A DNA stretch of 64,000 nucleotides from Paragordius varius (lineage: Eukaryota; Animalia; Nematomorpha), in contig OZ176058.1 of assembly GCA_964247055.1 (NCBI GenBank), forward strand, positions 2,666,001 through 2,730,000, in the 5' to 3' direction. Position numbers and translations under genes: made by a program. The notes beneath the pieces were generated by a model that was given only the letters and a program-made list of their open reading frames with translations, searched no databases and was not told the DNA's origin. The number at the start of each line of letters is the position of its first letter. Positions within the stretch are counted from its first letter, which is position 1. This document shows, in pieces, positions 11,526 through 24,943 of the stretch.

Positions 11526-13490
11526 TCTATATATTTATAAAAATGGAAAATGCTGGCTTTATGATGTGTTTCCGGAAAACCGGTAGACCCATTTAAATCC
11601 AAATGTTGAAAAAATATAATCATTAATTTAATTAATTCCCCGACAATAGGTTCACCCTTTTTAGGACCCCAGTTCGGGCCCACCCGGAAAAACTATTTTT
11701 TTAAAACAATTTCACAAAAATCATGTCTTTGAGACAATTTTCCGAAAAACGTGGTTTACCATTCAATTTCAAATATGATTTTTTTACTTATTTTCAATTG
11801 CGCCGAAAATAGTCGGCTCGCTTTTTCAATTTAGGCGCTCTTTTTACCCGCTCCCCCCGTAAAATGCCATTTTCAAAAAAATTAAGTCCACAAAAATAAT
11901 TTTTTGAACTATTTGTCGCCCAAAGTATAAGACCGTAAAAATTCAATAAGGATTCCAGGTAATCCCTGTTAAAAGGCAAAAATTTTAGTAGTGGGTTTTT
12001 TTTAATTGGCTAAGGATATACCCGCTAAAAACCGACCCGTCATATCGAACGTGTCTTGGAGCTAAATTTCAGAAAACTTATCAGGGCATATGAGTTTAAC
12101 AGCTGCTTAAGATATTACCCGTAATAAGGCAAAAATTTAGATCGTGCGGTTTAAAACTAGCCTTTAATTAAGCCCTTCACGCCTTGAAAAATGCCCTACC
12201 ATATAATGATTTTTAGTTTTGAAGGAATTTATTAAAACTAATGAGAGAATATGGAATCAATCATGATTACAGGTATTCTTCATAAAAAGGCAAAAAACTT
12301 AATCAAGCGAGTTGTATCAGCCTCTGGGTAGGAACTACCCGCCTTAAACTACGCCACCATATCGAAATTGCATTGTTTAGGAATTTTCAAAACTTATCAG
12401 GTGATATAGAAATATTACCCGTAAAAGGCAAAAATTTAAGTCGAGATTTATCAAGCCGTTAATTAGGCCCTTTACGCCCTAAAAATGCACTATCATTGAA
12501 CCATTATTTAGTTTTAAAGCCATTCTTCCAAAAAATATTAAGAACATAAGGAATCAGGCATTCCTTTATAAAGGCAAATATTTTTATCGACATTTTTATA
12601 TTGGTCTCGGCAGGGAGCTACCCACTAAAAACTGCACCACCATATCGATACAGCCTGACTTTGGAGGCAAATTTTAGAAAACTTAGGCCATATGAGTTTA
12701 ATAAGGGCTTAAAGTATAATCCGTAAGAAGGCAAAAATTTAAGTAGAGCGGTTTTATTAAATTACCCCTTAATTGATAAAGCGCTTGCCCTTAAAAATGC
12801 GCGACCATAGAAGGATTTTTTGATTTTGAGGCTATTTTTTGAAAATTCCACGAGAGCATATAAAATCAATCATGATTCCAGGTATTATCCGAATTAAGGC
12901 AAAAATTTTTATCGATCGTTTTTTGTTTCGCCCCTGGTTAGGGGGCTACCCGGGTAAACCTGCGTCACCATTCGATACAGCATCCCTTTGGAGCCAAATT
13001 GTAGAAAACCTATGAGTCTAATAATATGGAATCCATGATAATTCCAGATTTTCTCCATATAAAGGCAAAATTTTGCCCAGCATTTCTTAACAGCTGTCCC
13101 TCCACCAAAAACAGCCCCACTATTTAGAAATTGCGTTGTTTTGGAGCTAATTTACAGAAAATTTATGAAGCCATATGAGCTCATTAAAAGCTCGAAATAT
13201 TATCCGTAACTAGGTAAAAAAGGTGAGACGTTTTTTATTAGCTATTTTGGGGCCTTTATGCCCTAAAAATATGTCATTATTATAAGTGCTGAGGTATTTT
13301 TTCGAATAACCCATGAGACGATGGTGAAGATGATTTCAAATTTGTCCTACAAAGGCATAGAATTTAACTCACCGCTTTTTCTATATAAGTCTATGGGTAG
13401 AAGTCTACCCGTTTAAAACTATGACGCTATATAAAAATGGCGTGGCTTTGGAGCTATTTTCAAAAAATTCATACGTCAGAATTTGTAAAT
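11526..13490 (+). repeat. Degenerate higher-order tandem array (~150-bp monomers, ~310-bp dimers) in a possible non-autonomous Helitron-like element
   Basis: The AAGGCAAAAA anchor recurs at ~11973, 12126, 12287, 12425, 12571, 12728, 12896, 13062, 13211 and 13352, with alternating A/B context. The 5' end A|TCTATATATTTATAAAAATG at 11526 resembles Helitron 5' ends. No convincing 3' hairpin-CTAG. Confidence 0.6.
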
Positions 13491-15178
13491 ATCATCTTTT
13501 CCTTTAAAAAGGGCCCACAAATGATTTGTTCCTTTTTATGTGCCTTGATCTCAGCTGTCTGAACACTATTTCAAAATAATACTTTTAACCATGATTTCGT
13601 AAAACCAAAATGTTAAAATAAATCATATCTGGATATTAATTTTAATAAGGGAGTGGATTTCGTTGGCCCTTTATCATCTCTTTGTTAATTGTATTAGACT
13701 TAATATGCGATAAAGTTTGATTTTGGCCTATAGCAGAAAAAATAAATTAACTTGATTTCTAGTATATTAACCGTATATATCATTTCAATATTCATGATCC
13801 TAAAGTTTTTAGCTATCGAATGATATATGATTCATCAACATCTATTTTTGGTTGCGCATTATGTAATATATTGTATAAATATATAAATTGATATTGGACA
13901 GTTCTCAATATATAAAAATTATAATGTCTAAAGAATTTATTTTTGAATTATATATATATATATATATATAGATCTTTTATAAAAAGCATTCATTTTTTAC
14001 AAACATATTAATTGCAAAGCGGTTAATATACCGATGTCCAAAATAGTATTTTTCCCTAAATTGATATGTATTTTAAAGTAATTGAAAAAAATAGTCCTAG
14101 TAATAACTGAATGATTAAACAAAATTGTTTTGGAAATAATAGATAATTTTCACATCATAGCAAGAAGCATTATTGACTACACTTTATTTTGATCATAAAC
14201 TTTAATTGTGTAATCTTTAGAGCTACTGTTTTATAATAATTAAAAAAAATCCAAGTTTTTCTTGTAAATTACTTTTCCTTTAAGCAATTTGAATTTCATT
14301 TTTTTTGCTTCTATAGGTTTAAACAATCAGAAATCTAAAAATCACTCTTTTCAATTACCACATTGAGACTGATTATTTCCTCATTTATAATTTACCAATC
14401 AAGGATTTCAGTTAGGAAATCAATGTTAATATTTTTTTAAAAATAAGACTTTTATTTAGCAAGAAGTGTCTTTTCTCTCCTTTGATCTTTTAATATAAAT
14501 GTTTATCCTAATTTCCAATTTTCTTGTTTTTTATTATTAATAATAATTATCTAAAATTTATTTTAATCTTGGACCTAATTTATTTTAAAGGGATGTATGA
14601 GGAAAAAAACTGTTTAAAAATGTTGTAAAAAAAAGTACTTAATTTAACACTTTATATATTAATTATTTTTGTAGTCAAAATCTTTTTTTTTTCGTTTTTG
14701 TGGGAAATTGATTAATAAAGAGTTTTATTAGGGGTCTTATATTTACAGGCATATTGGCTCCCTGTAATAAGATAACAAACGGCTAATTAAAATGATATAT
14801 TAAAAAGAATGTTTAATAAAATAAATCTAAATTTATTAGCTATTACATAACCGTTTTAAAAAATTATTTTAATCAAAACTCTCAGTGAAAAGGTGGGGGG
14901 GAAGCTATGAAAAGAAAAACACAAGACAATATAAAAGGTAATTTTGCGCGCAATCTATTATTCACCTGTGCTGTAATACCATATTTGCTATTTAAAAGAA
15001 AAAATAAGAAAATAACCCCCTAAAAAGATTAACATTTTCTTTTCGTGAATGAATATTTCTTTTTCTTTAAAACAAATTTTATTACCTTTATGTTAGCTTT
15101 ATGCTCATTTAAAAAAATATCCCTCCTTATGTAAAAATCTTTAATTAATAAAATTACCTTTTAATTTTGATAACACTA

Positions 15179-15326
15179 CAGTATGGCATAAAACAATATT
15201 AGTTCATAAAAGAATAAAAAAATGTTTTAAAAAAACAAGGGGATATTTTGGATATGTGTTTATACAACTAAGCTTGTTTTTTTTATTCGTTTATGGACTA
15301 ATAATGTTTTATGCCATACTCTACTG
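15179..15326. mobile_element. Family C Tc1/mariner-type palindromic MITE
   Basis: TA|CAGT(AGCG)TATGGCATAAAACA...TGTTTTATGCCATAC.CTACTG|TA. Confidence 0.75.
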
Positions 15327-15659
15327 TAATTCAAGATCAAACACATAAAAAATCATATTGAAAAAGATATTTAATAGTGATAATTTTTTCAGGTAATCTT
15401 TTTATCAGGTATCCCCTAACTTTCAAAACTAATTTTGTAATAAAACTTTTTAATATATATGTGTATATATATATATTCGATTGGATAATTACATAAATAT
15501 ATACATTTTACTAATTCAATATAATATTTCAATCATTTTGTATTAGCATGATTTCCCAACGCAAATTTTGGAAAGGTGACTTTAAAATTTATCTTTTAAA
15601 ATATTCCAATGCTTTAAAAAGTTCTTTCCACTAAAAGAACTCAATTTATTTGGATATTT

Positions 15660-15699
<40 letters not shown>

Positions 15700-16022
15700 C
15701 CAAAAAAATATTTGCTAAAATAATGCAAGAATCGTAAAAAAAGGAATTTTGCACATAATGTGTCTTGGGGCAAATTATAATTTGCGACAAAATAAAAAAT
15801 TTTTTGCGTCGCAAAAAAACTAGCTGCCTAGCATTCTTATGCGAATTCTTTGAAAAAGATCTTTTTATTTTTGGATAAAAATAAGGGGGTATATAAATGT
15901 AATTATTATTACTTTTTATATTAGTCATTACGGATTTAAAAAATAAATGATTCCATAAAAATTAAAAAATATATTCTCGGAAAATGTGTACGCTCAATTT
16001 AAAAGATATATATATATATATA

Positions 16023-16325
16023 TATACCATTTACACTTCAAATTCACCTTGAAAAATTCACTCTTAAAAAATTCAAATTCACCCTTGAACAATTTAAATT
16101 CCCTTTAAAATAAATTATGTGTTTTTTAAGAATGAAATTCTGTTTGTAATTGAAATAATACTTAAAAAATAATAAACTAAGCCATAAAGAAATATTTCAT
16201 ATTAATAGAGTTATATTAGTCCGAAAACACATAATTTATTTTTAGGGTGAATTTGAATTGTTTAAGGGTTATGAATTGAATTGTTCGAGGGGTGAGTAGG
16301 GTTAATTTGAATTGGATATGGTATA
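16023..16325. mobile_element. Family D MITE
   Basis: TATACCATTTACAC...ATGGTATA termini with 20-bp subrepeats; preceded by (TA)n. Confidence 0.75.
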
Positions 16326-16487
16326 AATTATTTTAAAAGCTATTAAAACAGGGGTAATTCTCTTACGTTTGAAATATTGTTTTTTTAGTTTTACAAAATT
16401 GATTTTGTTTCAATCACAACTGAATCATACATCTTGTCCTTCATTTATAACATTTTTTTTGGTTCGATTTTGATAGTTAAACACATA

Positions 16488-16941
16488 CAGTAAAAATAAA
16501 ATTACAGACAAAACGTAAAAATATAAGGATAATTTTTTTGCAAAAAACAACCATACATTAAACATATGCAACATAAACTGAAAAAATTCGGCGGGTCGCT
16601 TGAAAAAAATAAACACTCAATCATTTTTTTAATCAAAAGTCTGTAAAAAACATACGACACCGATATACAGTAAAAATTGAAATTATACGTACAAATTGTA
16701 AAAATATAAAGACAAATATTTTTTTCTAAAATTAAAATCATATTTTTGAATCGTGATTGTTTTAATTATAACAGATTGTTTTAAACTGCAAAATTTAAAA
16801 TGGAAACAATCAATTATGTAGTTTACGATTGTAATTATTTATATAGCAAAAATAAAGCATTTAAAAAGTATGGTTGTCTTTTGAAAAAATATTTGTCTTT
16901 ATATTTTTTACGTTTTGTCCGTATAATTTCAATTTTTACTG
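16488..16941. mobile_element. Family B Tc1/mariner-type MITE(s), two left TIRs (16488, 16668) and one right TIR
   Basis: TA|CAGTAAAAATTGAAATTATACGGACAAAACGTAAAAATATAAAGACAAATATTTTTT TIR and its reverse complement ending ACTG|TA at 16941. Confidence 0.7.
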
Positions 16942-17348
16942 TATCTATTTATCTGGATTTTTAAATCTATGGGTAAAATTTGGAAATCTGATCAAGATAC
17001 GCCTCTGCACTATAAATCTAAATTTTTTAGTTTTGTCCAATTTTATTAATTAAAAATTGAACTATTTAAATAAATGTGTTTTCCTTAAACTCTAAATAGA
17101 ACCGTATCATTTAAAAATGTACTAATTATTATCTTTTGTGGATTCTACATGGAATATTCTTAACAACTTTATATATATGACATTAGCTAAAATAACTGTT
17201 TTTAGAAATTAATTCTCATATATAAAGGTATAGTTTTGATATTTTAATATATTCATTTATTATCATTATTTAATTTCTAAATTTAAGGCAAAAATATATG
17301 CAATTATGTTTCGTTTTACCGCTTTTTCCATGTATAATGATGTTTATA

Positions 17349-17642
17349 CAGTAAAATTTGAAATTATACGGACAAAACGTTAAAATATAAAGACAAATAT
17401 TTTTTTTCAAAAGACAGCCATACTTTTTTATAGTCACTTTTTTAAATATAACTCATTTTTTTAAATTGGAAAAGTATAAAGTTTAGATATATATCACTAA
17501 TACACTCAATTTCAAATTTACAATTGTAACTTATAGCATAAATGGAAAAATTTTAGGTTTTAAAAAAGTATGGTTGTCTTTTAGAAAAAAATATTTGTCT
17601 TTATATTTTTACCTTTTGTCCGTAAAATTTTAATTTTTATTG
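17349..17642. mobile_element. Family B MITE
   Basis: ~85-bp TIRs, TA flanks. Further partial copies at ~17770-17965, ~41715, ~48940, ~63240. Confidence 0.75.
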
Positions 17643-18071
17643 TAATACTACACCATAAATTTTTGATGTCAAATTTTAAAATTTTATCAATAGTACTCAC
17701 TGGTTAGAATGCCTTACAGATTCATAGCGGTTTGGCCGGTTATAAATTTATAGTCCGTATAAATATAAAATTGAGTAAAAAATTAAACTATAAAGACAAA
17801 ACGTAAAAAAAAAGTTTTGATATAATTCAGTATTGTTGTCGCAAATTAGTGGATATCTAATTAATTAATTAATTACACTCGATTCTACTATCATTTAGAA
17901 TTGAAATTACATAGTTTAATTTTATACTTTGGCTGTTTTCAATTCTATAATTTCAATTTTACTGTATATTTCTTAATTAAAAGAATTATTTAAAGATATA
18001 TTTATTAACATAAATAATAAAGGATATGATTTGACTTGACTTGGGGTTTTCACATATCGATTTCGTATAAA

Positions 18072-18243
18072 CAGTAGCGTATGGTATAAAACAATATAAG
18101 TCCATTAAAGAGTAAAAAATGTTTTTTTAAAATAAACAAGGGGATATTATAGATATGTGTATATAAAACTATGCTTGTTTTTTTAAAAAAAACATTCTTC
18201 TATTCTTTTATGGACTAATATTGCTTTACTCCATACGCTACTT
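18072..18243. mobile_element. Family C MITE
   Basis: CAGTAGCGTATGG...CCATACGCTAC palindrome. Confidence 0.75.
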
Positions 18244-18885
18244 TATATCCAACTTTGCAATCGTTGGTATAAATGCAGTCGGTTATACAAAATTAAATTA
18301 AATTTTATTGACATTCATGAAAAACTGAAAATTTGAAAATAAAATGAAAATTTAGACTAGGTTTTATCCATTTTCAGGTAATAAATATTATTTTCAATTA
18401 ATTTTTTATTTAATTTTCATTTATCATTCATTATCTTACGGATTTAACAACTGTTATTACAAAACATAATCAATCCGTCATTCCATTAAAAATATTATTA
18501 ATTATATAAAATTAAATCGTGATTAAAATCAAATAATAAATATCCATTTTTTACATTTTATGACGGGCCCATATTTTTTGCTTATGACGTAAAATTAATT
18601 TTTAATTTAAAATACTTTTGATAATATCCAGTGTAATTATTTTTATTTATAAAACTGTTATTTATAGATATATAGATCATTTTTATTGTTATTGCGAAAT
18701 CCTATCTTTCTTCTTTTTTTCTGTTTTGCATTTTTGCAATTTGAAAATATAAATCGTGTGCTATTAAATTATTACCTTTATTTTGCTTATATACCTGCGT
18801 ATATAACAATTCCACCTTTCTCCATATAAAACTATCATTAAAAAACAAAAACAAATGTAATATGATTTTATGATTAATAAAAATA

Positions 18886-19026
18886 CAGTAGCGTATGGCA
18901 TAAAACAATTTTAGTCCATAAAAGAGTTAATAAAGATAGGTGCATATACAACTAGGCTTGTTTTTTTTAAAAAAACATTTTTTTATTCTTTTATGGACAA
19001 ATAATGTTTTATGTTATACCATACTG
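18886..19026. mobile_element. Family C MITE
   Basis: TA|CAGTAGCGTATGGCATAAAACA...ATACTG|TA. Confidence 0.75.
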
Positions 19027-22000
19027 TATATAATTTGTATATATGAATATGATTGCAATTACTTTTAAGGCAAAAAATAATTATTTGCGATGTTTTTTAT
19101 AACTTTTTTGTTTTTACATTGTAATATATATTTGTAAATATCCAATTTTAAAATTAATTCCCAATGACAATCTTAAAATGCTTCTTAGCTTATTTTCACT
19201 TTTAAAAAAATGTTTAAATATAAGTTGCCTAATTATGCTTAAAGAATAATACCTTTCCAACAATACAATAAAAGGGATATTTTTTCAAATTCAAATGCGC
19301 ATTCTGTTAGATATGTTATATATAATACATCATAATTTTATTGCTATACTCTCTCTCTGGGCATAATAATTTTTTTACCTTTAATTTTTTCCACTCTACA
19401 GTGTTGATTTCACAAGTTTTTTATAAATAATCTATTTTATTTTTTTTGCTGAATTTGCAAAATTCCTTTTTCTGCATTGCCTTAAATTATTTATCTACGA
19501 TGAATGATTATTTCAATTACTTTGCCTTTATTTAAAATATTTGGCCTAACGCATTTGAGATTTTATTCAAAAACAATTACTTATTATTTGATTTAAGTAT
19601 AAACACCATTATTCCCCCCAAAAATCACCTTTATTCATTGTACAAAATTTGTCTGAAACGGAAAGGTATGGATATATGTATATAATATGATTTTAAAAAA
19701 TATTTATATTACTCTAAGTGATTAGTTTCTGGCTATTTTTTAATTTTCTTTTGATAATAATTTTTTTTGGTTTTAATAATAAGTAAGCTCATATCTAAAT
19801 TTTTTTATTGTGTGTAACTCCTATTTCCAAAATTGATAATTGCGCCACAGTGAATTCTTATTTCTAATATTTGGGGAGGCCCGTAGTTAATTCAAATTTT
19901 TAAAAAATGATCTTTTTTAAAAAAATTTTAATACTCATTAATCTAGGTTCTATGTTTTAAATATATTTGCATATATGTACCGTCAATATTAATTTTGGCA
20001 GTTAATTAAACCTACATATATTTTATTCAAGTTATAAAATTATAAAACATTGTTTTAAATTTACTCATATCTTTACTCAATCTACTTTTTATGATTCAAT
20101 ATACTTATTTATATGTAAATAAATTAGTTAAAATTAATGATTTTACTATTCATTTATATTTACTTAGCTACGCACCTCACCTTTCTAAAAATGAAAGGAT
20201 AACTAACATCAATTTAGTTATGTGCGTGAACGTTTCGATTTATTTTGATAGGATTGATTTTTTTATTTGGTTCGTATTAGAGTATATTAGTTATATTCAA
20301 GGGAGGGAGGGAGAAAAAAAGAAGCGCAGTTTTAGTGTTTTCGTGATGATAATTGATTGTAAATATGTAGTATCCTATATTTTCCTTAATCAAACAAAAC
20401 AAAAAAAACGATTTATTAGGGTGCTGATAGGTAGATTTCTCCCAACTATTTTCCTCAAACATTTATGTAGGCGAAAGGGATAGATGATGAGGGACCATTT
20501 GTTGTATTTAATTTAGCCTATCAAAGTCAATGCCAAACGTCGTCGATTTCATTTATATAATATAATTTGACATTCATTGTGACACACCCCAAATTTGATG
20601 TGTTTTTTTGGAAATTGACCTCGCTTCTTTTCTATCCCCTCGCCCGTTTGATTCGCAAACAAAGCCATCATCCATGACAAATAATAAGACCATTTCAGAT
20701 AAATAACATTATGATTCATAATTGTATTTTATATATTAGGGTATTATCGTTCGGATATCAAATTTTAGTTAGTCCGTCTCGGTTGTCATGCACTCAATGT
20801 AGTATCTAATACTCACAATTCCATTTTTCCATTGTGCTTTTAAGCGCCTTATAAGATAAAATAAATTACATTAATTTCATATTTTTCTTTCTGACACAAA
20901 CATGTGCAGGTTGGAAACAAATTTATCCATTTAGCAATTTAGTGTAGTATAAAATATAAATTCGCATTAGTTGTTTTCCCCCTTTATTACCTAGGTTTTT
21001 TTTATATCTTCTCCCTTTTTCGATCGAAATGAAATATTGTAATGCCTGTGTTGCATTAGTCCATAGCAAAGAAAGAAAAAATATAAATCTATTAAAAAAT
21101 GTTAGATAGATAGGATGAGATAGATAGATAGATAGGTAATAAGGTAAGAAAGACAGGATAAAAGGGAAAAGTATTACATTATTATCATTATCTTCATCGT
21201 CACATAATTTTTCTTATGAAAAGTGAAAGTACCTTTCTCTACATATCTCTCTTCTGTGTAGGGAGGAAAATAAATTTCATTTCATAAAAGTTGTAGTATT
21301 GTTAACAGGATAAAATGAAAGAATAAAGTGCCAGTAGAGAGAGAGGATCCCCTTGAGCATAATTGCTCCCTTTAAATCTTTTCATCTCCCATTTTTCTTC
21401 GTGATGCATCTATCTATGTTGTATCCATCTGTATGTACTGATGCATACCTTTTACATCTATCTATCTACATTTAATAATTTACAATATATATTTTTTTCT
21501 TGTTTTGGCATATTTATTCTCGTAGGCGTAGAGGAAACTTTGGCAAACTTAATTCCACTATTAATTTTCCTATTCTTGATCAGACGTTGTTTTTGGTATG
21601 TGTCTTAATCTAATGTTTTAATTTGGGGACATATTTTATTTTTCCCATCTCTTTTTAAAATTTTTGTAACTTTCGTGTTTATGCGTTTTTACTGCAAGAA
21701 AAATCTATTTAAGTATCGAAACATTTTTTCAGGAATTTAATTTTTTTAGTAAATTATCACTTCTATTTCACTTTGCAGTTAATGCTAGTTTTTTATAGTA
21801 AGCAGCATTCAAACGCGTGTTTAGGTTGTGCCACAACGAATGAACGCTTGCTTAAATAAATATTTTTTTCTTGATTGTTTATTTACTTTTCTTCCATGTA
21901 TAAAATTGGTAGGTAGCTATAGGTAGGATAAATTCATTCATATATGTGTTGTTTTCTTCTTTTTATTTGCCGCGCGCTTTCCACTATATCCATCAATCTA

Positions 22001-23212
22001 TCTACCTCTCTTGGCATAAAAAAGGTTGGTAGATTTTTTTAGTGTTATATTACAACTATATTTGAACTTTATTTTGGTAGCTTATTTGCATGCACGTTTC
22101 TTTCTTCTTTTTTGCCCTTTTTCCTAATCCCAAAACCGTAATGTGTCGATATATTCCATATTTTGCTCGAAAAATTTGGATATGCACAACATTTTTTTCG
22201 CCTAATGTGGCTGGGTAAAAATTTGCAAAAATAGCTTAGAGAAGCACAATTTACTATATGTTATTACATGCAGTTTTGTTGCGATTCAAATATCTTTGGA
22301 TATTCAACATTCATATATTGAAAAACGGAATGAACTCTTTTCCATATTTTGTAAAGTGCTTTTCGAATTTGGGTGTGTATGCATAATATTTTTTTGGAAA
22401 AAATAAACCACAAAGCTATTCCATTTTTTTACATTTCCTGTTCCTAACTCAGTACATTCCCCAATACATAATTTTGACATCTTTAAACCTTTTGTGATTT
22501 TTCATTTACATTTTCTCCTATTTAAATAATATCCGTTTTAATTTATTTAGCTTTTCCATAATTTGAAATTTAAAGTCTATGAAATTTCATACATATAATA
22601 TACTTTATCCCAATCTGTGTTCTTAGAATACACATTTCTTTAATCCTTTTGCCGTTTATTCAAATACATAAATTAATCGTTTGGTCATTTATGTTTGTCG
22701 GTCAGACGATATATATGTAAATTTAAATATTTAAATTTTAGAATTTTACATCTTTTATTGAATCTAGATATTAAATATAATTCAGGTATTGGATATATTC
22801 AGCAAATTCCAGTCATTTATCCCTTAAATACGAACGAACTATTCCGAAAAATCTTATAAACATAAAAAGAAACAAATATAAACAAGAAGAGAGCAAATTA
22901 TGTATCATCGTTTTGATTGATGTATTTACTGATATTATAGCCAAATTCCTTCCTACCTAACCTATTACTAAGTCATTATATTACCTTTATTTGCTCAATC
23001 AAAAAAGAAAAACAATATGGAGACATTTATAACTTATTCCAATTACATCCTGATTTATTTTTTCACAAATAACCAACAAGCATTTAATCATTACGTCAAA
23101 TAATCTTAATTATTCATATTATTATCATCCTGAAATAGCGACAAAACTCTAATCATTCCAAAATTATCGTATTTGATCATTTATTGATTGATATTAAGAC
23201 AGAAATTCCAAC

Positions 23213-23252
23213 ATGTCAAAACGGAAACAAACATTCCAAAGGCCGACTAAAA
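23213..23252 (+). CDS. ZnF gene exon 1 (MSKRKQTFQRPTK)
   Basis: ATG at 23213, donor AAAA|GTATTT, phase 1 matches the next exon. Confidence 0.55.
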
Positions 23253-24906
23253 GTATTTTTTATAACCAAATCGAATTTAAAATTTGCATGAATAATAAAT
23301 TTGTCAACATAAAGTGTAAATGGTGGTCGCCATATTTATATAAGAATGCTTATTCTCGGAAAATGGCGCAAGGGCTTTAATAAGATATTTTATAAAACAT
23401 ACATGTCTTTTCTTGTGTAATATTAATTATTTTTAAAATTGAGTATTGCATAAAATTCTTAAATTTTTTTTATAATATATTTTTTTAGTTTTTAACAATA
23501 ATTTAATTATATCTTTTAGTCGATGAAGATGATAAAATCAACAATGAATCCGCCATTTTTAGTTCTAACCAAAATTTTGAGGACCAAATTAAACCCAAAA
23601 CTATAATTAGCAATAATACCAAGGTTGGATTGACTAACGGTTACCATGACAACAAAACGGAATCCTTTGCAGCCATTAATGTAAGTTTTGATTTTTATGG
23701 TTTACTTCAAAAATTTTGAGATTCTAAATTAAGAAAATTTTCAAATTGAAATTCTAACATATTTTTATTTATTTTTAATCTATACGTATAAAATCTTCAA
23801 GCGTTGCAAAAGTAACGATCCCGTAAAAATTCTTTATTATTATACATTTTACCAATTATTTCTAAAATTTTAAAATGCATACCCTAAGAAATGTTTTATT
23901 TTTGGTTTTCCGCATAAATCTCAATTTTTATGGTTTTTATTCATCAAGTAACGCTTATAGACTTTGTATTCCAATTTAATTTATTTCTGTAGGAGGCGAA
24001 TTTTTATTTTAAATTTTTCTATAATTTTTATTTATGATTTAAATATTTTTTTTACCATAATTTTTTTTGAAAATAAAGCTTAGCTTAACTTAATGGTAAG
24101 CAGGATATATATTATACCTATCGAATGTGTGCGCGTGTGATTTAATCATATTATATAAACTATAACCATTGCCATGAACGTATATATAATTTTTTTAAAA
24201 ACTGAGAAATAGCTCAGGTGAGTGAAATATATTAGAAAGAAAGAACGAAAAGAGAAGACGACAATTGTCTCATCATTATATAATTTTAATGATTGGCTAC
24301 TTATAAGGAAAGAAAAAGAGCAAAAGAGTAAGGTTGACCATTGAGCCTGGAGCAAATTTTGTTGTTGAAAAAAGGCCGAGCGTGAATATAATCGCGAAAA
24401 AGCATAAAAGAATGATAAAACACTTTGCAGTTATAACTGCGGATAAAAAATTACATAAGAGACACGTAAAAGAAAACAGAAAGTCGCACTTTTAACAAAC
24501 GGCATCAGTTTATAAAGCTTAAAGTTGGGAATTGAACTTTGTTTCGAATAACGAGCCTAAAGCAAATTTTGTTGTTGAAAAAAGCGAACGTGAATATAAT
24601 CGCGAATAGCATAAATAAGAATGATAAAACGCTTTGCAGTTATAACTGCGGTGAAAATGGCTTAAGTTACAAAAGAGAGATAGAAAACATCAAGTTACAA
24701 TCTTTTAAATTATGATAAAATTTAACGGTATTAATTTTTAAAGCTTAAAGTTGAGAATTGAACTTTGTGTCGAATAACGAGCCTGAAGCAAATTTTGTTG
24801 ATGAAAAAAGCGATGGCGAGTGTAATCGCGAAAAGCATAAATAAGGATGATAAAACACTTTGCAGTTATAACTGCGGACAAAGAATTACATGAGAGACAT
24901 AAGAAA

Positions 24907-24943
<37 letters not shown>

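Noticed and set aside
13755-13765. CTAGT as the Helitron 3' end of the 11526 element
   Set aside because: No GC-rich hairpin 10-15 nt upstream, so the right boundary is left undefined.
17690-17765. tRNA/SINE-like A-box (TACTCACTGGTTAGAATGCC); B-box-like sequence at ~49895
   Set aside because: No cloverleaf and no intact A+B box pair; too degenerate to call a tRNA or SINE.
20091-20483. 130-aa ORF (and 52453-52767, 39575-39877, 56373-56645)
   Set aside because: Low-complexity F/I/K/Y composition expected by chance in ~75-80% AT DNA; no domain or splice support.
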